A DNA stretch of 64,000 nucleotides from Thermoplasmata archaeon (lineage in GTDB: Archaea; Thermoplasmatota; Thermoplasmata; Lutacidiplasmatales; UBA184), in contig DASRSV010000022.1 of assembly GCA_035656255.1 (NCBI GenBank), positions 16,630-80,629 of the forward strand, read 5' to 3'. Position numbers and translations under genes: made by a program. Of this stretch, positions 44,862-54,199 are shown piece by piece (the stretch's first letter is position 1; each line of letters opens with the position of its first letter). The notes under the pieces were generated by a model. That model was not told the DNA's origin. It searched no databases and saw nothing but the letters and a program-made list of their open reading frames with translations.

Positions 44862-46677
44862 CCGCGGGGCTCTGTCGAACCACCCACGTTCCGGCGACGA
44901 AGTCGCCGAACCGCTGGGCTTCCCGACCGGTGCCGATCGCCAGCAGGCTCGCGAGCCCGGGGATTCCGAGTCCGAGGACCAGGATGACGGCGGCCACGCC
45001 CACCCCGATCGCGACCCCCGGCGCCAGCGTCGGGGAGACGGCGATGGTCGGGTACCGGGCGAAGAGCCCGAAGAGGACCGCGGCGACCGACACCGCGTAG
45101 AGCGGCACCAGCTTCGGGATGTTCCGGACGAGCGAGCTCACGATCCCGGGCCGCGCGAGGCGACGATCCGTGACCTCGATCCGCGTGATCCGCTTGCCCA
45201 CGGTCGAGCCCCAGAGCCATTCCGCGAGGACGAAGTAGAGGAATCCGAACGTCGCGGCGCCGGTCGTGACGAGGAACAGCTCGGGACTCGTCAACGTCGA
45301 CGGGTCGGACGGGTTCGCCCAGGCGACGAACAGGGCCCAGCCGACGGCGCCGACCGCCGTGAACAACCCGAGGTCGATCGAGAACGCGCGGGCTCGGCGG
45401 CCGAACGTCGCGAACCGGGCTCGCGCGAGGACGAGCGCGACGTGGACGAGGTAACGCGCGGTCACGACCGCCCGCTGGGCGTCGCCCCGCTCTTCGGTCG
45501 GGCGCTCCGCGAGCGCGTCCAGGTTCGTCTGGTCGGCGGAGACCCACGGAGGCACGGCGATCTCCCCCCACGGCCGGGCCGGGTCGCTCGGCGGGGGAAG
45601 GCCCGCGAGGCGGCGCAGGAGCGCGACGGCCGAGCGCACCGCCGAGGCCGAGCCCGTGATCGCTTCCGAGCTCCTGCCTTCGAGGGCCGCCGCGCGCGCG
45701 CGACGCAGGGCCGCGACGGGGGTCGGTTCGGCGATCGGGCGGTCGGCATCGGCGGGGGTGCCGCGGCGGGCCAGTCGGTACACGAGATACGCGATCGGTA
45801 GCGCGATGAGCCCGGAGAGGAACACGAGGTCCCCCACGCCCCCGCCGCCGATGGCGAAGACGGTGGAGCTGCGGAGCCCGTAGAGCGGGGGCTGACGCAG
45901 AAGGTCGGCGCCGAGGAGCGTGCCGAAGGTCGTCGCCGCGTAGGCCACGGGGAGACCGGCCTCCACGGTCCAGCCGGATCTCGGGAGCGCTCGAACGAGC
46001 GGAACGGCGACCGCCCCGATGGCGCACGGGGCGGTCAGGAAGTACGGGAATCCCGAGGAGATGCCGTTCGGGTTCGGTTGGGTCGTGAGGTACGTGCCGA
46101 TGATCCCGAGGCCGGTCAAGCCGATCAGGATCGCCGCCCGGCTCCAGATTCGGCCCTGCTCCATCGCTCGGAAGCGGGCGGCGGCGAACGCGACGACCGC
46201 GGCCGCGACGAACGTCCCCGTGACGAGGAGCGCCGGGCCGGATACTGGCACAGCCGCGAGCCCGTGGAAGATGGCCAGCTGGATCACGGATGCTGGCGAC
46301 GCGAGGGGGGAGACGGCGATCGTCGCGACCGCCGAGGCGACCGCCACGACCAGAAGGAACCGACCGAGGACGGGGGTCGGGCGGTCGGTGATGCGCACCA
46401 GCGCGTAGAGGCTGACGACGACCGGGATCAGACCGCCGGTCACGTTGACGGCGAGCACGTCGGTCCGGTAGTCGAGCAGCGGGACGTCCCCCAATTGCCA
46501 GGCAAGGAGCCCGAGCGGGAGCAACAGCCAGACGACGGTCCGGCCGAAGCCGATCCGGCGCGCGAGCGCCGGCTCTTCCCAGGCGAACAGGAAGAGGAAC
46601 AGCGCGACCAGCCCCGGAACCAGGAGCGTGACTGCGTTCTGGAGCACGTCGCTTGCGAGGGTGACCGTGTCGACCAT
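44800..46677 (-). CDS. DUF1614-like membrane protein fused to an RDD domain
   Basis: LAVNVTGGLIPV, AYAATTFGTLLGADL, IGGGGVGDLVFL, then RRARAFSID...TVGKRITRIEV...QRFGD. Confidence 0.7.
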   Translation of the reverse strand: MVDTVTLASDVLQNAVTLLVPGLVALFLFLFAWEEPALARRIGFGRTVVWLLLPLGLLAWQLGDVPLLDYRTDVLAVNVTGGLIPVVVSLYALVRITDRPTPVLGRFLLVVAVASAVATIAVSPLASPASVIQLAIFHGLAAVPVSGPALLVTGTFVAAAVVAFAAARFRAMEQGRIWSRAAILIGLTGLGIIGTYLTTQPNPNGISSGFPYFLTAPCAIGAVAVPLVRALPRSGWTVEAGLPVAYAATTFGTLLGADLLRQPPLYGLRSSTVFAIGGGGVGDLVFLSGLIALPIAYLVYRLARRGTPADADRPIAEPTPVAALRRARAAALEGRSSEAITGSASAVRSAVALLRRLAGLPPPSDPARPWGEIAVPPWVSADQTNLDALAERPTEERGDAQRAVVTARYLVHVALVLARARFATFGRRARAFSIDLGLFTAVGAVGWALFVAWANPSDPSTLTSPELFLVTTGAATFGFLYFVLAEWLWGSTVGKRITRIEVTDRRLARPGIVSSLVRNIPKLVPLYAVSVAAVLFGLFARYPTIAVSPTLAPGVAIGVGVAAVILVLGLGIPGLASLLAIGTGREAQRFGDFVAGTWVVRQSPAATVPRGAGVPSTRPAPTPYG

Positions 46678-46747
46678 GCGTGCCCCCAGTGCAGGGGCCC
46701 CGCACCATCCCCCCTTTTCTTAAGGTGCGTTCCACTCGCCGGGCCGG

Positions 46748-48148
46748 ATGGCGTCGGTCCGTACCGAGAAGGACTCGCTCGGCCCTCGAGAGGTCCCGTC
46801 GGACGCCTACTACGGCATCCAAAGCCTGAGGGCGCGCGAGAACTTTCCGGTGAGCGGAGTCCGCCCGTCCCGCCACCTGATCCGGGCGTACGGGCTCCTC
46901 AAGCGGGCGGCAGCGGAAGCGAACGTCGCTCTCGGCGGCGTCGACGCGCGACGGGGCGAGGCGATCGCCGCGGCCGCCCAGGAGCTCGCGGACGGGAAGT
47001 TCGACGGCGAGGTCGTCGTCGACGTCTTCCAGGCCGGGGCCGGCACGTCGACGCACATGAACGTCAACGAGATCCTCGCGAACCGGGCGCTCGAGATCCT
47101 CGGCCGGCCAAGGGGCGCGTACGACGAGGTGAGCCCGAACGATCACCCGAACCGTGGGCAGTCGACCAACGACACCTACCCGACGGCCGCGCAGGTCGCC
47201 GTTCTCTTCGCGCTCGCCGAGCTCCGCGCCTCCGTCCAGAAGCTGACCGCAAGCCTCCGGCGGAAGGCGAAGGAGTTCGCCGAGGTCCCGAAGGCCGGCC
47301 GAACCCATCTCAAGGACGCGCTCCCCGTGACGCTCGGTCAGGAGTTCGCGGCGTACGCCTCCGCCTTGGAGCACACCCTGGATCTGCTCCCCATCATCGA
47401 GGGGACGCTCGCGGAGGTCCCGTTCGGTGGCACGGCGGTCGGAACCGGCGTCAACAGCGTGCCCGGGTTCCGTGCCCAGGCCGTGGGGCGCCTGGCGCAG
47501 CTGAGCGGACTGCCCCTCCGCGCGGCGCGGGATCCGTTCGAGACGATGCAGAGCCGGGCCCCGCTCGGGCATGCCGCGGGATGGCTGCGGGCCCTCGCGA
47601 ACGAGCTCGTCCGAATCGCGAACGACCTCCGATTGCTCTCGAGCGGCCCCGCGACCGGCCTCGACGAGATCCGGCTGCCGGAGATCCAGCCCGGCTCGTC
47701 GATCATGCCCGCGAAGGTGAACCCGTCCGCGGCGGAGTGCCTCGACATGGTCGCCTTCCATGTCATCGGCGCCGACCTCGCGACGAACCTCGCGACGCAG
47801 GCCGGGCAGCTCGAGATCAACGTGATGATGCCGCTCGCCGCCTACGAGGTGCTGTTCTCCGCCGAGATCCTCGCCCGGTACCTCCCGGTGTTCGCCACCA
47901 GCTGCGTCGACGGGATTGCCGCCAACGCCCCGACGATGCGGCGGGGGCTGCTCGACTCGACGGCGCTCGCGACAGTGCTGACCCCGCAGCTCGGCTACCT
48001 CAAGGTCTCGGAACTGATCCACGAGTCCGCACGCTCCGGTGTGCCGGTCACTGAACTGCTGGTTCGCCAGGGACTGATGACCCCGGAGCAGGTCGAAACG
48101 AAGCTCGGGCCGGCCGCGCTGCTCAAGCTCACCGACGTGGTCCCATGA
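46748..48148 (+). CDS. aspA: Aspartate ammonia-lyase / class II fumarase family enzyme
   Basis: YYGIQSLRA.ENF, QAGAGTSTHMN.NE, GQSTND, GRTHL.DA, PGSSIMPAKVNP. fumC is not excluded. Confidence 0.82.
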   Translation: MASVRTEKDSLGPREVPSDAYYGIQSLRARENFPVSGVRPSRHLIRAYGLLKRAAAEANVALGGVDARRGEAIAAAAQELADGKFDGEVVVDVFQAGAGTSTHMNVNEILANRALEILGRPRGAYDEVSPNDHPNRGQSTNDTYPTAAQVAVLFALAELRASVQKLTASLRRKAKEFAEVPKAGRTHLKDALPVTLGQEFAAYASALEHTLDLLPIIEGTLAEVPFGGTAVGTGVNSVPGFRAQAVGRLAQLSGLPLRAARDPFETMQSRAPLGHAAGWLRALANELVRIANDLRLLSSGPATGLDEIRLPEIQPGSSIMPAKVNPSAAECLDMVAFHVIGADLATNLATQAGQLEINVMMPLAAYEVLFSAEILARYLPVFATSCVDGIAANAPTMRRGLLDSTALATVLTPQLGYLKVSELIHESARSGVPVTELLVRQGLMTPEQVETKLGPAALLKLTDVVP

Positions 48149-48897
48149 CGACCCTCGAGGAGGTCGCGGCCTCGCTCGGGAGTGAGATCTCGCAGGAGTA
48201 CCGCCGCGCCGTCGAGGTGCTCGGCAAGGTCGGGCTCACCCTCTATGAGGCCCGGGCCTACATCGCCCTAGTGGCGCGCGGGGTCGGCGACCCCGCGACG
48301 CTCGCCCAGGTCGCCGGGATCCCACGGACGTCGTCGTACAAGGTCCTCGAGTCGCTCGCCCGCAAGGGGTACGCCGTGACCGCCGGCGGTAAGCCGGTCC
48401 TCTTCCGACCGAAACCCCCGCTCGATGTGGCCGAGGGGCTCAAGACCGCCATCCAGGAGGTGTTCGAGAAGCTCGCGACGCTCCACGAGATCGTCGCCGA
48501 CCACGGTGAGCCGCAGCTCGTCTACCTGCTCAGCGGTCGGGAGAAGGTCGTCGCGAAGATCGGCGAGCTCGTCGATCAATCGACGAAGACTTTCATCCTC
48601 ACGACACCGCAGCTCTCCGAGGTCCGCGACGAGATCGCGAAGAAGATCGCCTCGGCGGTCAAGCGGGGCGTCCACGTCACGTTCGTCACCGCCCCGCTCC
48701 AGAAGGTACCCGAGGGCGTCGAGCACATCGCCCTCAAGGACCTCCGCGCGACGGAGGTTCTCGCCGACGGCGAGCACGCGCTGCTCGCGGCGCCGGGGCT
48801 CGACGCCTGCGGGTTCACCGACAATCCGATCCTGACGGCACACCTGAAGCAGTTCCTCGATGTGATCCTCGAGAAGGGTTCGCAACCCGCGGCGTAA
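48145..48897 (+). CDS. TrmB-family transcriptional regulator
   Basis: GLTLYEARAYIAL, AGIPRTSSYKVLESL..KG. Confidence 0.9.
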   Translation: MTTLEEVAASLGSEISQEYRRAVEVLGKVGLTLYEARAYIALVARGVGDPATLAQVAGIPRTSSYKVLESLARKGYAVTAGGKPVLFRPKPPLDVAEGLKTAIQEVFEKLATLHEIVADHGEPQLVYLLSGREKVVAKIGELVDQSTKTFILTTPQLSEVRDEIAKKIASAVKRGVHVTFVTAPLQKVPEGVEHIALKDLRATEVLADGEHALLAAPGLDACGFTDNPILTAHLKQFLDVILEKGSQPAA

Positions 48898-48913
48898 GGA
48901 GCCGCGCCGTCCG

Positions 48914-49774
48914 ATGCGGGCCGCTCCGGTCCAGCGGGTGCGCGCCCGGCTCGAAGCGACCGTCGGCGCGACGGCGAGCGCGGCCGTCCCGCGCAGTTAC
49001 CAGCGGGTCGGGCGGGTCCTGATCGTCCAGCTCCCCGAGTCCGCCCGCCCGCACTTCCAGGCGATCGGCGAATCGTACCGCGCGGAGTTCGGAGTGGCGA
49101 CCGTCCTGCGCCGTGCCGGCCCGATGACGGGGGAGTGGAGGCTCCCCGTGACGGAGACGATCGCGGGCGACGGTGCGGAGACCGAGGTGCTGGAGCACGG
49201 GATCCGCTACCGCTTCGACGCCGCCCGCCTCATGTTCTCTCGGGGAAACCAGTCCGAGAGGAAGCGCGCGGGCGACGTGACGCGTCCCGGGGAGACGGTC
49301 GTGGACCTGTTCGCCGGGATCGGCTACTTCACTCTCCCGGCCGCGGTCATCGGGCGCGCGGCCCGGGTGATCGCCTGCGAGGGGAATCCGTTGGCGTGTT
49401 CGTACCTCGCGTCGAACGTCCGGCGGAACGGCGTGCCGGAGGTCGTGGAAGTGGTGCGCGGCGACAATCGAACCGCCCCCGTGCCGCACGGCATCGCGGA
49501 TCGGGTGTTCCTGGGTTGGCTCCCGAACTCCCTCCCTTGGGTGTCCCGCGCCCTCGAGCTCGTGCGGCGCGAGGGCGCGACGCTCCACGTCCACGTGGCG
49601 GCGCCGGCCCAGGAACCGGTCGCCGCTGCCGAGCGCGACGCGTCCATGGCGGTGGCGGCCGCGGGTGGAATCGTCGAGAGTCTCGCCGGGCGGGTCGTGA
49701 AGCCGTACGGGCCGGGGCGAACCCACGTCGTCGTCGATGTGCGGGCCCGGCCACCGAACGGGATCGGCGGCTAG
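48914..49774 (+). CDS. Trm5/TYW2-family SAM-dependent tRNA-modifying transferase
   Basis: EHGIRYRFD...MFSRGN..ER, VVDLFAGIGYFTLP, ADRVFLG. Confidence 0.85.
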   Translation: MRAAPVQRVRARLEATVGATASAAVPRSYQRVGRVLIVQLPESARPHFQAIGESYRAEFGVATVLRRAGPMTGEWRLPVTETIAGDGAETEVLEHGIRYRFDAARLMFSRGNQSERKRAGDVTRPGETVVDLFAGIGYFTLPAAVIGRAARVIACEGNPLACSYLASNVRRNGVPEVVEVVRGDNRTAPVPHGIADRVFLGWLPNSLPWVSRALELVRREGATLHVHVAAPAQEPVAAAERDASMAVAAAGGIVESLAGRVVKPYGPGRTHVVVDVRARPPNGIGG

Positions 49775-49777
49775 GCC

Positions 49778-50899
49778 TCAGGCGGCGACCGGCTTTGCCC
49801 GCAGCTTGGCGACCGCCTCGGGGAACGCTCGCGCGAACCGTTCCACCTCGGCAGGCGGGTTCGAGAACGACGCGCGGACGAATCGAGCGCCGAACTTCGG
49901 GGAGAGATAGTTCCCGGCCCGGACGAACACTCCGTGGTGCACGAGCAGCTCCTGCTGGAGCGCTTCCGGCGCGAGGCCGGTCTCCGCGATGTCGATCGCG
50001 AACATGTTCGCCTGGGAGGGGAACACCGGGAGGGACGCGCCGGGAACCTCCGCGACCGCCCGGCGGATCGTCTCCTGGTTGGCGCGCGTCGTCGCCTTGA
50101 CGGCGGGGAACCAATCCGACTTCGTCCGGAGCGCCGCGACCGCGGCGACCTGGGCGAGGACGTTCACGCCGAGGTCGTTCGTGTTGAACGGCAGCACCCG
50201 ACGAAGGAGCGCCGGCGTCGCCGCGAGCCCCCCGATCCGCATCCCCGCGAGCCCGCAGTTCTTGGCCGCCGACCAGACCGTGAGGGTTTGCTCGGGGGCG
50301 GTCCGGGCGGCGAGCTCGTGCTGGTCCGCGAAATCGCGGTAGGTGACGTCGTTCACGAGGATCAGCCCCCGATCCTTCGCGATCTCGGCGATCGCGCGGA
50401 CATCGGCCGCCGGGTAGCCGGAGCCGAGGGGGTTGAGCGGGTCGATGAGGAGGATCATCCGGGTCCGGGCGGTGATCGCCTCCTGGACCCGGTCGGGGGT
50501 GAGGCGGAACGGAGGTGCGTAGATGTCGAGGTTCCGGGTGTGGGCGCCCGCGAGCTCGACGAACTTGTGGATGATGAGGTAGCTCGGGTCGGACGCGATT
50601 ACCTCGTCACCGGGAGCGAGGAGCGCGCGCTCGAGGGCGTAGAGTCCCTCCGTTCCTCCCGCGGCGATGTGGACGCCCCAGTCGGACGGGAAGCCGAGGT
50701 CGCTCAGCACGAGCCGCTTCAATTCGGGGTCGCCCGGCGCGTACGGGTACCCCTCGTACCGCCGTTCCCGGATCGCCTCCGCGACCGCGCCCGCGATGAC
50801 CGTCGGGGGGACGAGGTGGTTGGTGTTCTGGCTCATCCAGACGACCTCCCGGCGGCGCTCGTGGGCGTAGCGGAACGCGTCGAACGGTGGGTCGGGCAT
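49778..50899 (-). CDS. PLP-dependent class I/II aminotransferase
   Basis: IDPLNPLG, NDVTY, SAAKNCGLAGMRIG. Confidence 0.88.
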   Translation of the reverse strand: MPDPPFDAFRYAHERRREVVWMSQNTNHLVPPTVIAGAVAEAIRERRYEGYPYAPGDPELKRLVLSDLGFPSDWGVHIAAGGTEGLYALERALLAPGDEVIASDPSYLIIHKFVELAGAHTRNLDIYAPPFRLTPDRVQEAITARTRMILLIDPLNPLGSGYPAADVRAIAEIAKDRGLILVNDVTYRDFADQHELAARTAPEQTLTVWSAAKNCGLAGMRIGGLAATPALLRRVLPFNTNDLGVNVLAQVAAVAALRTKSDWFPAVKATTRANQETIRRAVAEVPGASLPVFPSQANMFAIDIAETGLAPEALQQELLVHHGVFVRAGNYLSPKFGARFVRASFSNPPAEVERFARAFPEAVAKLRAKPVAA

Positions 50900-50929
50900 C
50901 TGCGGCGATCGCGGGGAGCCCGGTCGAGA

Positions 50930-51733
50930 TTAATCCATCGATGCCGGGGCTGCGGCCCCGGCCTCTCCCAGGAACGAGGTGACGATCCCCTGCGACTGGC
51001 GGACGCCGTCGACGCGGGGGAAGCCGGCGTCGCGCATGAGCTCGAGCATCCGCTCCCGGCTCGGGAGGCGGCGGAGCGATTCCGGAAGGTAGCGGAACGG
51101 ACCGGCGCTCTTCACGGCTGCGCCGAGCCAGGGGACGACGTGGTCGAAGTACGCGTGGAACATCGACCGCACCACCGCGGACGGCGGCTCGGTCGTCTCG
51201 AGCGTGAGGAGGGTTCCGCCCGGCACGAGCACCCGACGGAACTCGCGGAGCGCCTTCGGAAGATCGCTCAGGTTCCGCGCGACGAACGCCGACATCACGA
51301 GGTCGAACGAACCGGACCGGAACGGGAGGGCGAGACCGGTCGCGCGCCCGAACTGGACCTTGGACGATGCGCCCAACCGGCGGGCCCGGGCGGTCGCCCG
51401 CACGACCATCGCGCCCGTGAAGTCGATGCCGACGGCCCGGGACGCGGGCGCGTGGCGGGTCGTGAGGAGGGCGAGGTCACCGGTCCCGCAGCCGACGTCG
51501 AGCGCCCACCGGAGCGGCCGTCCGACCCGGAACCGATCGACCGCCCAGAGCGCCCGCGGCCGCCAGACGAGATCCTGCCCGAGCGTCGCGACGTGGTTGA
51601 ACCAGTCGTACTGGTGCGCGATATGGGTGAACATCGCGCGGACCTCGCGCTCGAACGTCGGCCGGGCACGGTCCGGGTACGGCGAGCCGTCGGGCGCGAG
51701 CCGAGGGGCGGTCGGCGCGGCCGGATCCGTCAC
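50930..51733 (-). CDS. ubiE: UbiE/MenG-family quinone methyltransferase
   Basis: MFTHIAHQYD..N, LDVGCGTGDL, IDFT..M, FVARN, YLPES. Confidence 0.88.
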   Translation of the reverse strand: MTDPAAPTAPRLAPDGSPYPDRARPTFEREVRAMFTHIAHQYDWFNHVATLGQDLVWRPRALWAVDRFRVGRPLRWALDVGCGTGDLALLTTRHAPASRAVGIDFTGAMVVRATARARRLGASSKVQFGRATGLALPFRSGSFDLVMSAFVARNLSDLPKALREFRRVLVPGGTLLTLETTEPPSAVVRSMFHAYFDHVVPWLGAAVKSAGPFRYLPESLRRLPSRERMLELMRDAGFPRVDGVRQSQGIVTSFLGEAGAAAPASMD

Positions 51734-51756
51734 GGCCCGACGACGCCGTCGAGGGC

Positions 51757-54189
51757 TTAATCGGCGCCCGGCGGGCCCCCGGCCAGTCGCTCCGATAGCT
51801 CGGCGAGCGGCCGGGCCAGGTCGGGCCGAGTTTCGGCGAGGCGCCGTCGTAGCTCATGGGAGAGGAGCTCCCGCGCTTCGTCGCGTCGCCCCGCGCGTTC
51901 GGCGTGGATCGCGAGGCGAAGGTCCATCTCCACGACCTGGGGGATCAGGTCCCCGCCCCGCGCCTGCTCACGAGCGAGCTCGAACAGCCGCTCGGCGTCC
52001 GCGTACTTGTGCTCCGCCTCCGCGATCATGCCGCGGATCATCGTCGTCTGCTGCGCCGCGAGGGGGTCCCCGAGGGGTTCGAGTAACGGCTGGGCGCGGT
52101 CGATCGCCTGGCGAGCGCCGAGCGGGTCGAGCGCCTCGCAGCGGATCTGCGCGAGGTTGAGGAGGCAGTAGCCGAGCCAGATCCGCGACCGGGAGCGCTC
52201 TGCCGCCTCGACGGCCCGCGTCACGTCCCGGAGCGCCTCTTCGATGTGGCCCGCGGCGTAATGGAGCAGGCTGCGGTTCATCAGGACCCGCGCGTGCGCG
52301 CTGAAATCATGCTGCGCCTCGAAGAGCTGGTCCGCCTCGTCGTAGAGCCGGAGCGCCTCGGAGCTGGGTTGGGGACCGCTCACCGTGTTCGCGAGGTCGA
52401 CGAGCGCGTGGCCGACCTCGGACGGGGTCCCGTGGGCCCGCGCGAGCGCGAGGCTCGCCCGGTGGTGCTCCTCGGCGCCCGCGACGTCCCCCTGGCGCCA
52501 GAGGGCGACCCCGAGGATGCGGTGGGCCGCCATCTGCCCCCGGACGTGGCCGAACCGCTCGAGGAGGAGGTACGCCTCCCCGGCCATCGACCGCGCCTCG
52601 ATGTACTTGGTGAGGTCCGACTTCGTCTGCGCCAGCCCGAGGATCGCGAGCGCGGTGTCGACCGGCCGGTCGCCCGACGTGCGGAGCGTCTGGACGGTCT
52701 CTTCGAGGACCGTTTCCGATTGCCGGAGGTCGCCGACCTCGTTGAGGTACCGACCGAGCTCGATCTGCAGACGGAGCTCACGCGACCCGTCGCGGTTCGG
52801 GAGCCGACGGGCACACTCGAGCGCCCGCTCGAGGTAGACGATCGCGGTGTCGTAGGCGAACGCCTGCGCGGAGTGGTCGGCGGCGCGGCGGTTGAACTCG
52901 GTCCCTTGGGCGTCGTCGCGGCCGAGGTAGAAGTGGCGAGCGAGCTCGAACACCTCGGCGACCGTCCCCCCTCCGGTCGCCTCGAGCGCGCGGGCGGCGC
53001 GGAGATGGAGGAGCCGGCGCCGGGTGTCGGTGAGGTCGGAGTAGACGTCCGCCCGCACCCGTTCGCTCGCGAACTCGTAGACCTCCTCGCCGCGCTCGCG
53101 GACGAGTCCCGTGCGGACCAGGCGGTCGAGGCTCTCGCTCAGCTGCTCCTCCTCGCCCCCCGCGGCCTTTGCGAGCGTGGGGAAGTGGAACTCCTTTCCG
53201 AGGACCGAGGCGTAGACCAGGAGGCGCCGGTCCCCCTCGGGGAGCTCGTGCACCTGCGCGCGGACGAACTGGTCGAACCCTCCGTCCGCGGTCGCGGCGA
53301 CGGACGGCGCGATCAGCGTCGAACGGACGAGGCTCGTGATGAAGAGCGGGTTCCCCTCCGTCTGGGTGTACCAGCGGAGGACGTCGCGCGCCTGCGGGTC
53401 GCGTCCGTGCTGGAGCCAGCGGACGAACTCCCGCACCTCGGGCTGGGTCAGCGGACGGAGCGTGACCACCGAGGCGGGATAGGCGCTCAACGTGACCTGG
53501 ACCCGGTCCGCCGTGCGGGCCGGAGCCTCGTCCGGCGGAACCACGGTCGCGACGATGAGGAGCCGATGGCCGGGGAGCTCCTCGATGAGCGAGGTGAGGA
53601 ACTCGTACGACGAGTCGTCCGCGAACGGGAGGTCGTCGAGGGCGATGAACACGGGCCGGTCGTTCGACCGTTCGATGAACAGGCTTGCGACGCGCCCGAG
53701 GAGCGAAGCGTAGCTCGCGTCCGACCGCTCCGTCGGCGAGGCGACCAGCGCCTGGAGCAGGCGGTCGAACTCGGCGGTGCGTCCAGCGGCGCTCGGACCT
53801 TCCTCTCGGGGCAGCTCGAGATCATCCGGCTCCTGTTCGTACGGCGCGAGGAACAGGGGGAGCGGTCCGCTGCCGTCGGCGGGCGCCGGCGTCGCGGTCG
53901 CCGGGAACGCCCGCAGGAGCATCCTCAGGACGGTGAACGGCTCGGGGACATCGGTCGGTAGCGCCCGCGCCCGGAGCACCTCGAAGCCGGCCTCCCGGGC
54001 CCGTCGCGCGACCACGTCGAGGAGCGTGCTCTTGCCGACGCCGGAGCGCCCGACGATCGCGACGAACGAGCCTTCGCCCTCGCGGGCCTTCTCGATGCGC
54101 CGGACGAGGCGTTCGAGCACCTCGCCCCGGCCGATGAACGGCCCCGTGTGACCGTCTCCTGCCGTCGGTGCACGGGTCGCTTCGGCCAC
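51757..54189 (-). CDS. AAA/STAND-like ATPase with wHTH and TPR repeats
   Basis: FIGR..L, GRSGVGKST, IALDDLPFAD, EGNPLF, ASVLGKEF, TPR-like C-terminus. Confidence 0.85.
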   Translation of the reverse strand: MAEATRAPTAGDGHTGPFIGRGEVLERLVRRIEKAREGEGSFVAIVGRSGVGKSTLLDVVARRAREAGFEVLRARALPTDVPEPFTVLRMLLRAFPATATPAPADGSGPLPLFLAPYEQEPDDLELPREEGPSAAGRTAEFDRLLQALVASPTERSDASYASLLGRVASLFIERSNDRPVFIALDDLPFADDSSYEFLTSLIEELPGHRLLIVATVVPPDEAPARTADRVQVTLSAYPASVVTLRPLTQPEVREFVRWLQHGRDPQARDVLRWYTQTEGNPLFITSLVRSTLIAPSVAATADGGFDQFVRAQVHELPEGDRRLLVYASVLGKEFHFPTLAKAAGGEEEQLSESLDRLVRTGLVRERGEEVYEFASERVRADVYSDLTDTRRRLLHLRAARALEATGGGTVAEVFELARHFYLGRDDAQGTEFNRRAADHSAQAFAYDTAIVYLERALECARRLPNRDGSRELRLQIELGRYLNEVGDLRQSETVLEETVQTLRTSGDRPVDTALAILGLAQTKSDLTKYIEARSMAGEAYLLLERFGHVRGQMAAHRILGVALWRQGDVAGAEEHHRASLALARAHGTPSEVGHALVDLANTVSGPQPSSEALRLYDEADQLFEAQHDFSAHARVLMNRSLLHYAAGHIEEALRDVTRAVEAAERSRSRIWLGYCLLNLAQIRCEALDPLGARQAIDRAQPLLEPLGDPLAAQQTTMIRGMIAEAEHKYADAERLFELAREQARGGDLIPQVVEMDLRLAIHAERAGRRDEARELLSHELRRRLAETRPDLARPLAELSERLAGGPPGAD

Positions 54190-54199
54190 GGCTCCCTCC

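Noticed and set aside
44708-48022. 1104-aa - strand ORF, and similar long ORFs at 59610-62420, 52246-53961, 23500-25566, 33713-35620 and 49934-51760
   Set aside because: Shadow frames over well-supported genes. They are Arg/Gly/Pro-rich with no motifs, as expected from stop-codon scarcity in high-GC DNA.
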